From Felis catus (Eukaryota): DNA of 64,000 nt. Where the stretch lies: the NCBI RefSeq assembly GCF_018350175.1, contig NC_058368.1:129148001-129212000 (forward strand). Direction: 5' to 3'. Of this stretch, positions 26,418 through 38,520 are shown piece after piece. Numbering within the stretch: the first letter of the stretch is position 1; each line of letters opens with the position of its first letter. The position numbers and the translations under genes are program-made. The notes beneath the pieces were generated by a model. The model had not been told where the DNA came from. It worked only from the letters and a program-made list of their open reading frames with translations, and ran no database searches.

Positions 26418-28597
26418 GACCCCCTCTCTTGCTTCCCCCCTTAGTGTCTCCCCACAGCCCCTATATACTTCTGCCGTGTAGATCAGAGCCCTGAGAACAG
26501 TGGCCCCTAAAAAGCCATGTAAATTCTGATTGGACTCTGGGGAACTCTGGGAAGTTTAGGAGGAATCATTGAAGTGGCTTGTGAGTGTGTGTTTTAAAAA
26601 TTAGGAAGGCTTAACCCCTCTGATGTTTCCTTGCTGCCCCTGCTTGGGGCTGTTAGAGCACTTTCTTGGAGTCCCTTTACCCTATAAGTCTCCAAGCTCA
26701 GAGCAGTGGGGGACTGTGGCAGTGTCTTAGAGCCAATAACATGGGGTATTGTAAAATATGCAGAGACAAGTATCCTTTTTGCTGTGTGACCTAGAAGATG
26801 CCACACAGGTAGGACTCAGTGTAGCCAGGGTTTACACCCAGGTCATCTGATCTGGGCTCTACAATTGTAACCACTGTACTAAACTATCCCTCCTGTGGCT
26901 GTGGCTTGAAGGGGTACAGATCCATCTCCGAACTGGGAAAAGAATGTAGGCAGAAGTACTCCTTCTTAAAAAAACATCTACTCTCTGGGCAGAGAGCTGG
27001 AGAGAAAGAAGATGACAGAGGATTCACAATAAAGACAAGTAAGGGGCTAGGCTTTGGCACAGGAGTCCTCTGTGAGCTTTCTCTGGTTTCCCCAAAGTTT
27101 TAAGTGCATGCCTGACATTTGGCAAGGACACCAGGAAAACTGGATAAAACTCTGAGCCTCTAGGCCCTCCCATAGGGCCCCCATCTCTCCTTCCCAGAGG
27201 CCTCCTCTGAAAGGTCTGCCTTCCCTAAATTGCATTTATTCAAATGATCTGTCTCAGAAGGATGCCAGGCCTAGCAGAAACCCTCCTGGGATTTGAACCT
27301 GCAGTTCCCCGGAGCAGAAGTATTTCAAACCTGAGGCTTAGGTCACTGAGCCAGGCCCTGAGGGGACTGAATGCAAATTTCGTACTTTAATTTAAATCTG
27401 GGCAGGAGAAAAGTGCCCCAGACGGCACTTTGCCACCCGGGAATGCTGGAAACCCCCAACTCTTCCTGGTCTTTTGCCTCAGGCAGCAGCAGGCACCATG
27501 GGCAACAGGGAGGCCAAAACAGCTCACGGTGCCCAGGGCTTCCTGCATGCTCCTGCACAGTGCTGGAAGATTCTCCTTCTTCAACCCACATCCTTGCACT
27601 TGATAAGTGCCTACTATGTACGGGGCGCATAAGTTCCTTCATGTACTCCTTCCCACAGTGAAGGAAGTATTGTTTGGCAGACAGTTCCGGCTTTATTGAA
27701 GTCACATATCTAGGCTGCATTTCAATTATTCTAGTTTTAGTTCTGGTAAATCAGAATGTCACGGGTTGTAAAAACAAAAGCATCCCTGTGTTCTTTAGCG
27801 CCCTTTCTGGGGCAAATGCACATGGACTGAAACCTGGGTGAGGCTTTCAGAGGGCAGCTCCCACTGCTTTACTGCAGCTGATAAACCCCCAAGAACTGGG
27901 CTTCTGATGGAGACTGGGAGTCGGGCATTTGCGTGCTCATGCTAATGGACAACTCTATCATCAGCCCCACCGAGGCTTTCAAAGATCGATGTGTCGTTTG
28001 CTTGCTGTTTGGGATATGTATTGTCATTTCTAGCTCTCAAATTGTTTGTATCAGGAACTGTGTGCCTGGTGCCCTAGTTAGGTGCTGGCAGCTTTACCTG
28101 CCCCAGGCGCTCAGGAAATTCCTCCCGGCCCATCCCCAGCTGCGGATGGGGCACATGCCATCTGATCCTCCTTTCAACAAGCCCCCTCTTGCCGGACGGA
28201 TTCATCTGAGTTATATCCCATGTCTGGCTTTTCAGGGTGAATGCATTCACTCAGGAGCACTGTTTGAGAACATCTACATTGGCAGGCTGAGAGGCTCGTA
28301 GCAGTGAGGGGCTATAGCAGGACACAGAAGAGCCTCTGTCTTTCCGAGGGAATCAGTTTGGGTCCAGCTGAGGGAGCCTACGGGATGCCAAAGGGCAGGC
28401 AGCCTCCCCCCTGGCTGCAGGGAGTAGAGGCCCAGGGCGTCCAAACTGCCCGGACAGTGGTCATCTTAAGGGAGCACTGAGGAAGGTGGATACAGGCTCT
28501 AAGGCTGGTGTTGGGACAATCCTGTCTGACATCCATGTTCCTTCCCATGGGAAGCAGTGAGAGGGGCAACATTTCTGTCTCTAGACAAGGTGCAGAG

Positions 28598-29055
28598 TGT
28601 TACAGGTTGACTTGTGTCCCTCAGCCCCCACCACAATTCAGACATGGAAGTCCTACTCCCGGTACCCTGGCGTGAGGCCTTATTAGGAAATAGGGTTATT
28701 GCTGATGTCATTAGTTGAGATGAGGTATTAGGGTGGGCCCTCGTCCCAAACAACAGGTGTTTTTATAAGAAGAGGAAATTGGGACACGGACACGCAGACA
28801 GGGGACACCATATGAAGACAGAGGCAGAGATGGAGTTGCTGCTTTTACAAGCCAAGGAGCCCCAACATTGCCAGGGAGCCCCCAAGAAGCTAGGGCAGAG
28901 GCCAGAACAGATTCTGCCTCATAGTCCTCACGGGGAGCTCGCCCTGCCGACACTTTGATCTCAGACTTCTAGCCTCCAGAACTGTGAGACAAGGAAGTTT
29001 TGTTGTTGGACTAGCAAAGCGATCCAGTGTGTTACACTGCTCAGCCCCGAGGGGC
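28598..29055 (+). mobile_element. MaLR solo LTR (MLT1B/C-like)
   Basis: tgttacaggttgacttgtgtccc start; ggaaatagggtt; gacactttgatctcagacttctagcctccagaactgtgagac. Confidence 0.88.
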
Positions 29056-29169
29056 CTTGCACAACCTCTCCTCTCCGTGGGGAGCAGCTCCCGCGAGAGT
29101 TCTGGCTCCCTTACTGATGCCAAGGGTAACTTACACTGCTCTCTTTTAACGGTGACAGCGATGATAATT

Positions 29170-29625
29170 TCGTTTATTTGGTAAAGATTTTTAATGCGCA
29201 CGAGCATCCATTATATACCTGGCACTGTTACAGGCACTGAGGGACCAGTAGAGGACAAAACAGCCCTCATGGAACTTACATCCTAAAGGGGGAAAGCAGG
29301 CAGCAAACAAAATGTATGAGTAATGTGACAGTATGCCAGGCAACGGCAAGTGTAGCAGAGGGAAATAAAGCTAGAGAGGGGAGCAAGGATCGCCGGGGGA
29401 GGGGGGCGTGGGGAACAATGTTTAGGAAAGAGCTCTCGGAGGTGATATTTAAACAAACCTGAACAAGGGGAGGGTGTATCGTGAGGACATGCAAGGAAAG
29501 AGCATTCCTGGCAGAGGGAACACGTGCAAAGGCCCTGAGGCTGGGACAAGCCTGGCTTGTTTGAGGAGCCGTGGGAGGCCGGAGCAACAAGTGGAGTGAG
29601 CTGGTGAGACAGCAGAGGGAGATGA
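29170..29625 (-). mobile_element. L2 fragment
   Basis: cctggcactgttacaggcactgagg...gccctcatggaacttacatccta...gtgcaaaggccctgagg. Confidence 0.8.
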
Positions 29626-30937
29626 ATGGAAATGTGCTTTCCCTCTCTTCAGGTGCAAGCCCACGGTCTCCCTGCTGCGCCCTGTCCACAGAGGCAGAAG
29701 CTGTGCTGAGGAAAAGAACACTGTTCAGAACACCTCAGGAAACAGGCCGCTCACCTCTCCTGCACTAGACCTATGGGTAGAGTGTCTGGGGATACCTGGG
29801 CCTGCTGGTGGGTTCTCTGCCCCGGAAAATCAAAAAGGTCAGTCTCACTCGGGTACCACCAGGCGAAAGCTGCTTAGTCCTCTGGCTCTGGTAGGAAGCC
29901 ATTTTGTGTGGAGCCACATCTCTCCCTTGTGGGAAGAGGTCCCTGTGCCCATGGGGTGTCCCCCCACCCAGCCTGCTCAGAGAAGATGGCTAGAACTCTG
30001 GCCCCCTCACAGCCCCTGGGAGATACAGTGGGCCTGGCGCCATCCATTCTGAGGAATCAGTCTCCACGTGTTGTGCTTGGGGAATGATGGCGTTCCACCT
30101 CAGCCATGGTGAGGAAAGACTTCATATCATTTAATTTCCCTTCTAACTGTTATAAGTTGTTAATATTCACCACGTCGTTCACGGACTGTCTTCAGGAGCA
30201 GGAGGTTTAGAGAGAAGAAAGGCGGGTAGTTTGCTTTGAGGCCACAAGGAAGGGGCCTCGGAATATACTCTTCTTTGCTTTGTTGGTTGTTCCACACTTG
30301 GGGACAAGGAGCCAATACTTAGAGCCTTCTGTATCTGATAGCGGAGATGACTGGTTGCTATTATTACCTTGTCTTAGGAGGTGCGGAGAAAAGGAGTCCT
30401 TTCACAGAAAATCAAACCAACTGATCAAATATTTAAGTTGCCTGAGTTGGATCATCCAACACACCACGGAGGAAGGAAAGAAAGAGACAGCGAAGGCTCT
30501 GCCCCCGGGAGTCTCATAGCCCTGTCAGAGGAGCTAGGACTGTATGTGCACGTGGCTTTTGGAGAACAGGAAGACGAAGGAGCAGTGAGATCTGTAAAGA
30601 AACCCCTGGAGAAAATAAGCAATTTTAAGTCAATTGGACCCTGGAGGGAGTGATTTAGGTTAGAGGAGGAAGAAGGAAAGGATGAGGTTATGTGGGCAAT
30701 CGCCAACCTGGATGTTCAGACTCCTTGGGGATCCTGTCACCCCAATTTTAAATGCCACAAATGGGGCTCTGAAAGGGCCGGGCAGGATCCGTGGTTTGAG
30801 TCGCTGAGTCAGGGGCACTTCCCAGACCTCGCATTTGGCCTTCTTTCCAAAATTGGCTTTGTCTGCTGCAAGTCTACTTTGTCTTTTAAATGTCTACAGA
30901 ACCCTCAGACTGTTTGATCCACAGCCATATATTTAAA

Positions 30938-30980
30938 ACGCACACACACACAGACGCACACATGCGCACGCACACACAGA
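30938..30980. repeat. Mixed (CA)/(CG) purine-pyrimidine repeat
   Basis: Seen directly. Confidence 0.85.
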
Positions 30981-31667
30981 AACAGCTTTGAATTTTCAAT
31001 GTTTCTTGCCCAGAGCAAAAGAAGTCGGGTCTCCAGAATCCAAGCCATAAACTGTCTTTAGAACGGGCGGATCCAGCCTTCCTTTGTGCAGTTTGCCGAG
31101 GGCTTGGAATACCATGTGTGGCTGCTCTTGTTCTGTCCCCTTCTGGTTAACAATGAGCCCTCCCTGAAGCCCAGGAATCTGCCTCATTTCCTGTGGCTCC
31201 TATTTCACTCAACATGTGGTGCATGATTCCTGTAACTAGCATGATGCAAGCTCAGTGGTTAAGGGAGGTGGCAGTTCAGGGAGGCTTAGGTGACTTCTGC
31301 TAAATGACAGGGCACATCTCATCCCTCGGCCCCTTGTCCCGTGCCCAGGAGGAGCTGCCTTGTGTGGGAGCTTCCCTGCTTGTTTGTGACCATCTTAGAG
31401 GATTGACGCCTGGGGTGGGGGGTTGGTTGACAGTGGTGGAATTAAATAGATGAGGAGAAGTCTCTTCATCAGTGTGATGCATCAATTCCTTAGGGTCCCA
31501 TCACTTTAGAAAATTAGAAAATTAAAAACAGAAGAAAGTCAAAGGACAATTCTGTGTTTGGAGAATTTTTGTAAGACTACTTGGGACCTTGATAAGCAGC
31601 CACCCTGGGTTCTGGTGAACATGTATTCTTTATTTGACTTTCCCAATGTGGGAACACCTCCCAGGCC

Positions 31668-31699
<32 letters not shown>

Positions 31700-31751
31700 T
31701 TACTCCACCAGGCCTCCAACAACGTGATTATGGCACATTTGTGGGGTTTTT

Positions 31752-32028
31752 TTGCTTTTGTTTTTTAAATATTTATTTAGTTTTGAAAGCGAAAGTGGGG
31801 TGGGGTGGGCCAAGAGAAAGAGGGAGACAGAGGATCCGAAGCAGCCTTCTCACTGACAGCAGAGAGCCTGATGTGGGGCTTGAAACCATGAACCGTGAGA
31901 TTGACCTGACCTTAAGTCAGATGCTTAACCGACTGAGCCACCCAGGCACCCCTTCTCTGGAGTTTTCTAGTTTCATTCTTTCTGGAGCCATCTCTTGGTT
32001 AGCTCAACCTAATGAGCTACCCAGGCAC
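31752..32028 (-). mobile_element. Can-SINE containing an 84-bp templated insert
   Basis: TSD-like cacatttg.gg.gttttt at 31734-31751 and 32029-32046; two SINE 5' ends (at ~31950 and ~32028) separated by unique sequence. Confidence 0.8.
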
Positions 32029-32086
32029 CACATTTGGGGTGTTTTTGATCTTAGGATGAATGCCTTTAATCAATAAAGTAAGAACA

Positions 32087-32297
32087 GGACAGTGCCTGGC
32101 TGGCTGAGTCAGTAGAGCATGTGACTCTTAATCTCAGGGTCGTGAGTTCAAGCCCCACATTGGGCATGAAACCTACTTAAAAAATATAAAATAAAATCCT
32201 TTTAGGGGCACCTGGATGGCTTAGTCAGTAGAGTATGCAACTGTTATCTCAGGGTCATGAGTTTGAGCTGCTTGTTGAACATGGAGATAACTTTAAA
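32087..32297 (+). mobile_element. Two tandem short tRNA-Lys-like Can-SINEs lacking the CT region (~32087-32197 and ~32205-32297)
   Basis: cctggctggctgagtcagtagagcatgtgactcttaatctcagggtcgtgagttcaagcccc heads; outer TSD agtaagaa(c/t)ag at 32077-32087 and 32545-32555. Confidence 0.8.
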
Positions 32298-32304
32298 TGA
32301 AATC

Positions 32305-32519
32305 TTTTTTTTTTTTCAACGTTTATTTGTTTTTGGGACAGAGAGAGACAGAGCATGAACGGGGGAGGGGCAGAGAGAGAGGGAATCACAGAATAGGAAA
32401 CAGGCTCCAGGCTCCGAGCCATCAGCCCAGAGCCTGACGCGGGGCTCGAACTCACGGACCGCGAGATCGTGACCTGGCTGAAGTCGGACGCTCAACCGAC
32501 TGCACCACCCAGGCGCCCC
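32305..32519 (-). mobile_element. Young SINEC_Fc-type SINE
   Basis: CpG-rich body and pure T tail; perfect 18-bp TSD catggagataactttaaa at 32280-32297 and 32523-32540. Confidence 0.95.
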
Positions 32520-32611
32520 AAGCATGGAGATAACTTTAAAAAATAGTAAGAATAGAGTTAGTCCATGGAATACCATGTGTGGATGCTCTTGCTCTGTCCC
32601 CTTCTGGTTAA

Positions 32612-32838
32612 TTTTTTATTAAAAATTTTTTTAATGTTTATATTTATTTTTGAGACAGAGAGAGACAGAGCATGAGTGGGAGAGGGGCAGATCGAGAGGG
32701 AGACACAGAAACTGAAGCAGGCTCTAGGCTCCGAGCTGTCAGCACAGAGCCCGACATGGGGCTTGAACTCATGAACTGCAAGAACATGACCTGAGCTGAA
32801 GTCAGACGCTCAACTGACTGAGCCACCCAGCCGCCCCC
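32612..32838 (-). mobile_element. Can-SINE
   Basis: Full body with tail. Confidence 0.92.
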
Positions 32839-32840
32839 CC

Positions 32841-33050
32841 CTTTTTTAAGATTTTTTTAAATGTTTATTTATTTTGAGAGAGTACTAGTGGGGGAGGGGC
32901 AGAGAGAGACAGAGACAGAGAATCTGAAGCTGGCTCCAGGCTCTGAGCTATTAGCATAGAGCCCAATGCAAGGCTTGAACTCATAAGATGGTGAGATCAT
33001 GACCGGAGCTAAAGTCAGACACTTAACCAACTGAGCCACCCAGGTGCCCC
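32841..33050 (-). mobile_element. Can-SINE
   Basis: Full body ending caggtgcccc. Confidence 0.92.
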
Positions 33051-33237
33051 AGAGTTAGCTCAGTTTCTAATGAATGTTCTGTTTGACACAGGCATAGTGG
33101 GATGACTCTTGTGAGGTCCAGTTGCCTAAAACTTTAAACACATGAAGCAAGACTCCCTTAATTTTCTTGTTTTCTATACAAACCTAGAATCCATCATCCG
33201 TGAACTTAATTCAGTAAATGTGTATTAAGCACCTTAT

Positions 33238-33724
33238 GTTAGTTAGAATATGAATGCAGCTGTTCTAAGGCAGACCCAGAATAACACAGTGGCTTAAATG
33301 CAGTCGACAAGTCTTTCTGGTGTAATCACCTGTGCATAAGCTGCTCACTTGGCTAGGCAAGTGGCTCCATGTCATCTGGGACAAGCTCTTTCAGTCTTTC
33401 GTCTTTCCTGATCCTGTGGTGCTTGCTCACATCTATTCTGACCAACGTGGCTGGCCAGCACATCTTCATTCCAGCCAGAGAAAAGGAGGGCACGGGAAGG
33501 AGAAGGGGTGCTCCTTCCTTTTAAGGGAAAACTCCAGAAGCCACACATGCCCTTTGGTACATTTCTTTTTGGCCAGAACTTAGGCACAGGGTCATAGCAG
33601 ACACAAAGGAGACTAGAAAATGTAATGTTTATTCTAGGTGGCCATCTGTGCAGCTAAAAAACAGCCCTTCTCTGCAGAGACAACGACTGGATGTTACAGG
33701 ACAGTTGGTAATTTCTGTCTTACA
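33238..33724 (-). mobile_element. MaLR LTR (MLT1I/J-like)
   Basis: acacagtggcttaaa...ttggccagaacttag...aaaggagactagaaaatgtaat motifs. Confidence 0.7.
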
Positions 33725-34179
33725 TGTTTACTTTGTAAGTTTCGGGTAGGTGCTGAGTAAGGAGAAAGAAGATGGGGTCCTCTCACAATAGATGCATTTA
33801 ATTTAAGGAACCTACAGTCTAGTATACTTTATAAGAAAAGGACAGGGCTGACTTTGAGAGGAATAGAAGAAAGATAATGGAGGAAAGGAAATTCCTATTG
33901 GCATGAGAGCTGGGATTTAGGAGGAGGAGAGGCAATTCTGGGCAGTGAGACCAGTTTGAGACCCTGAGGTGGGACAACTGGTGTGTCTGGGAACAGTGGA
34001 GTCAAGCAAATGGCAGGATCATGGGTGGATGTGGATGGGTAGAGGGTAAACTCAAATGAGGTTGGTTGAGCCACCCATGCCTCTGGCATTCTTCAGCTAC
34101 AAAGGGACTTTGTCAGAGCTTCCCTGGATGGAGATCATTCTGGAAGCAGAGTAGTGCTCAGATGGGGTGGCAGGGCCAT

Positions 34180-34182
<3 letters not shown>

Positions 34183-34220
<38 letters not shown>
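34183..34220. repeat. (TG)n microsatellite
   Basis: Seen directly. Confidence 0.95.
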
Positions 34221-34221
<1 letters not shown>

Positions 34222-34871
34222 ATGAACACCTATATTGGAGTGGTGAGGGTAAAAGTGAGAAGGATGTTGGCAGAGAGATAATAAAACATTACAAGGTCAT
34301 GAGAGCTAGAATTTAAGGGAGGCAGCAGAGAGAAATAGAAGGAAGTGCTGGGCTCCAGAGATGTTGGTCAATACAGAGGTAAATGTTATTTCTACAGATA
34401 GAAAGACCTTTGGGAGGAAGATTAAGGAGTAAGTATTCTTAGACCTCAAGTTCTGATTTTCATGAGGTGAGTCAAGAAGCTTCATTCACAGACGCACATC
34501 CACACTGCTTCTTCCCCTGAGTCCTACCTCAGGGTCTCAATCTAGTATCACTGCCCGGAAGTGCCTCTCCTCCTCCTGAATCCTGGCTCACGTGTCAATA
34601 GGGATTTCATTTTCTCTTTTTTTCTTTTCTTCAAGAGCTCTTTTCAAAGTCTGTCTTGTACATTTCTTATATACTAGATTACAAATTGATTTACAGTAAG
34701 ATTGGAGAGATGTTTGACTTTGGAATCGATTTTTTTTAACTAATAGAAAGACCTCAGGGTCAGATTATTTGGTGAAGAGCATAGCTGTTTGTTCCAAGGA
34801 GTTCTGACTTGGGTGAGCCGAAGGTCTCTCTATCCTAGGACATGCTGAAAGCCAGGAAGGTTGGAAACATC

Positions 34872-35071
34872 CAGTGGTGTGCTAGAACCACATCTCACCA
34901 GCTCATGAGAGTCAGTTGCAAGCATCTCTTCCTAATTCCTCACTTGATGAGGTTTGATTGGTAATGTGAAACTGGCCATGATGGGAGCATTTACACCACG
35001 GAAATTGGTGTAAACTGGGGGCTTTTTCCTCCTGAGTGGCCAGTAGTTGAACATTTTCCAGTACACTGCTA
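34872..35071. mobile_element. MER63A-like hAT-Blackjack element
   Basis: TIR-like cagtggtgtgctag ... ccagtacactgct; internal ggccatgatgggagcatttacaccacggaaattgg. Confidence 0.8.
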
Positions 35072-35599
35072 GGGTCACCAACCCAGATTGGCCACTTTTG
35101 TTTTGTTGAGACCCTAATTGATTTTGGTGTGTTCCTTTCCATCTGTCCACCATGTCTTAAGCTAGTTGTCTTCTTCTACTAGGCACCATCTCCGTTGCTC
35201 ACTCTTTCTTTCCTTTTACTCCTTCCTGATTGTTTCATCAGCTCGAGTTTAGCAAATAGACCAATTGCAATGCCATCCCTTGACCTTACAAAAGTTACTC
35301 ATTGGGTTGTTCTATATCTGCCAATAGTTTTCTTTTTTACACTAGTAATAGCAATTGTTGATACAATTTTCTTGATTTCGTTCAAAATAGCTTAGTTAAT
35401 CTTTCACCAACCAGCTTTACTCTTGGGCTTTATGAGTAGACTAGAGGTTTGTTGGTCTATTTTTTTGGTTTATAAGTCGTGCTAGTTACTGTTGCATTTT
35501 GAACTGCAGTGGCCAATTCTTTGGCATGGGTCTATTGACTAACTCAGGTTACTGACTATGGTAAGGGTGGAGTGTTATGGGTAGGGTATTAAAGAAAGA

Positions 35600-36975
35600 G
35601 TACCATTAAGTATCAGTTTCTTCATCTGTAACCTCAAGGTAAAATATTTATTTTGTATGGTTCTTTGAAGATTAAATAATATATTATTTGAAAAGGACCT
35701 AGAAAAGTGCTTTTTACCTAATAATCACTGTGTAATGTGATGTGATATTATTTTGTGAAAATACCTACCATAGTGCCTGGCGTTTGATAGGAAACAAGTA
35801 ATTGTTAGTTGACCAATGCACTACCTCATATATATTCATGCCTGTGTCCTTTCTCTGCTTAGGATGTCCTTTGCCATCACATCCTCTAGGCTAACCCCTA
35901 CTTAGCCTTCTCCTAGAGGTCTCTTAGGTAGGACTTCCTCTTTGGTGAAAACTGTTATTCTGCATTATTGTCATTTTACTGCTGTCTCCTCCTCTAAACT
36001 TTGATATCATTAAAATAAATCATATTTTCTTGGTTCCCCAATTTGTACCAACAAATTTCATGCATGATAAGGTCTCTATAAATTGTTGGTTAATGAATTA
36101 ACGGGTGGATGGAGATGTCCCGTCTAGTCCTTGGGGCCAAAGACATCCCATGTGGGTCATTTGCCAAAAGAAGACACTTGAGGACTTAGGTGTGAATGAG
36201 GTCACCAGGGGAATGTAGCATGAAAAGTGAAAAGGATGAAGATAGTATGTGACAAAAGCTTACTGCGTGGGAAGAAGTGGGTTTAGAGGATGCAGCAGAT
36301 AAAAAAGAAGAAAGACAACATTGCGATAGGGTACAGGAAAGAGTAAAAGAGTGACACGAGACAGAAATCAAGAAAGGAGAACATAGGGAAATTTAAGGAA
36401 TCGTCTGAGTATCGAAACTCCTCATAGTTGGGGAAGCAGATGATTTAGACAAGGATAGGGATATTTGGAAGTCATTAAGGAGATCTTGAAAGCAGACTCA
36501 TAAGGCTGGCTGAGAGGAAAGCCAGATTTATTTGTGGATATGGCAAGTATACACTGTTCCTTGGGGAATTCAGTAAAATGAGGAGGAAGAGGGATGATGG
36601 AAATATTAGGATAGCGAAGGTTGGAGCAGGTATTAGACTGCATATATATACAACTCAGTCTCGTGAGTGGGTTTCTAAGCTTTCTTCTTTGCTATGTCAA
36701 GTCATGTCATCCTTGCTTTTCCTCACTTGCCAGTCTTGTGAAGTTTCTTCTGACTTGATATATATAATAAACAAATTCTATTCATTCCTGTATATACTCT
36801 GTGTTATGTTAATTTTTGTATGGAAGTGCATCCAGCTATTCATCTGTCCGTCCATACAGCCATATGTTCATCCTGCCATACAATCAATATTTATTGGGCC
36901 ACCATTAAGATCCAGGCACTACTGTAGGAGTTATAGGGAACCAGGACTTTGCTTGAGGAGTCTTTAGTTGAGAAG
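35600..36975. mobile_element. Cluster of diverged MIR and L2 fragments in both orientations
   Basis: cagtttcttcatctgtaa (MIR) at ~35613; L2 tails at ~36060-36110 and ~36835-36975. Confidence 0.55.
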
Positions 36976-37011
36976 ATTAGAACACACTGGCTGCCTTCTC
37001 TGGAGTTTTCT

Positions 37012-37063
37012 TTTCTTTTCTTTTTTTAAAAAAAATTAAATTTATTTTTGGGAGGGAGGGAGG

Positions 37064-37141
<78 letters not shown>

Positions 37142-37303
37142 GGGAGGAGGAGGGAGAATGGGAGACACAGAATGTGAATCTCAAGCAGGCTCCAGGCTCC
37201 AAGCTGTCAACGCAGAGCCTGACGTGGGGCTCGAACCCATGCATCATGAGACCATGACCTGAGCTGAAGTCAGATGCTTAACCGACTGAGCCACCCAGGA
37301 ACC
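37012..37303 (-). mobile_element. Can-SINE with long (GA)n
   Basis: Perfect 18-bp TSD ccttctctggagttttct at 36994-37011 and 37304-37321. Confidence 0.95.
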
Positions 37304-38084
37304 CCTTCTCTGGAGTTTTCTAGTTTCATTCTTTTTGGAGCCATCTCTTGCTGTTGCACATTACCTGGCGGTGTGCCTGACTCTAGGAATCATGTGCTCT
37401 GAACTGAGACCTGCAGCTGGGGGTTCCTGGTGATTGGTCAGTGTAGAGCTCACCCCACACCAGGCACACCCCAAAGCAGACTCCACTGAAGTAGATAGTC
37501 TGACAGCAGGCCAGAGCCTAAAGGCAACAGGCTGAAGGTTTGGGAGCCTCTCCTTGAGACTCATGTGCATTATTCATAGCTTGTCATTTGCAGTCAGAGA
37601 GACAGGCTGCCCTCTGACATCTCTGAAAAAGTTCATGATTTATTGGAGGCATCAGAAGAAATATAAAACTAAATAGTAATATAATCCTCTGGGGGAGGCC
37701 TCGCTTCAGCATTTTACATAATATTAGAACCTCAGCAAATAGTTTCCCTAAGATAAAAACTTTGGCAAACATTCAACTGAAATGTTTGAGAAGTGAAACC
37801 ATTCATGTTTTGATGTCAGGAGACTTGAGTCTCATCTAGCCTTCTAAATACCAAATTTTGAGAAATCCCCCACTACAGAGGAACAGAAAGTCTGTAACTC
37901 AAGTACCACAAGGTGCATAAGCTCTGACCCCTCTTCTAGAGACAGTGGGCAATTTTGAACTCTTCCTTTTTGCTCCTTTCCCCAACTCACCAGGACAAGT
38001 GCTGACCCTTTCATTCATGATCCTTTAGGGTCAGAAGAAGAGAAATATGCCAAATCTTCAGTGGCTCTGTGGGTTCATACTTGT

Positions 38085-38520
38085 ATAAGATAGGAATCAG
38101 TTTTGTCACCAATAATAGAAAACTCACCCAGAAAAGGCTTGAACTACTGACTTGGGCTGTATTTCCCTCACAGAACAAGCAGTCGGGAGGTGTGCAGCCC
38201 AGCGTTGGTACAGCTGTTTCGGGGTGCCGCCAGTTCCTTTGTATCTTGCCGTCCCATTATTCTTAGAATGCGGCTCTGGGCTTCCTGTTTGCAAGACTGC
38301 TTCCAGGCAGGAAGAAGCGGGCATGCCAAAAGCTGTCTTCTCGAGAGGCTTTATTTTTTATTTGGAAAGGGAAAAGCTACCATGTGGCTTCCACATATAT
38401 CTATTTGGCCAGAATAGGGCCCTTCCTGGCTGGAAGGAAGGCAGAGTATTTAGCTTTTCAGTCTCTGTGTTAGAGAAAGGTGAGGAAAATAGCAGTTGGG
38501 ATTAGGCACCAAGTAAACCA
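38085..38520 (-). mobile_element. MaLR LTR (MLT1J/K-like, diverged)
   Basis: aataatagaaaactcaccca...cagaacaagcagtcgggagg...tttggccagaataggg. Confidence 0.5.

Noticed and set aside
31558..32076. 172-aa ORF with poly-Lys resembling an NLS
   Set aside because: Translation of a poly-A run and an antisense SINE.
32087..32297. tRNA-Lys-like sequences with A/B-box motifs
   Set aside because: Degenerate stems, A-rich tails and TSDs identify them as short Can-SINEs, not tRNA genes.
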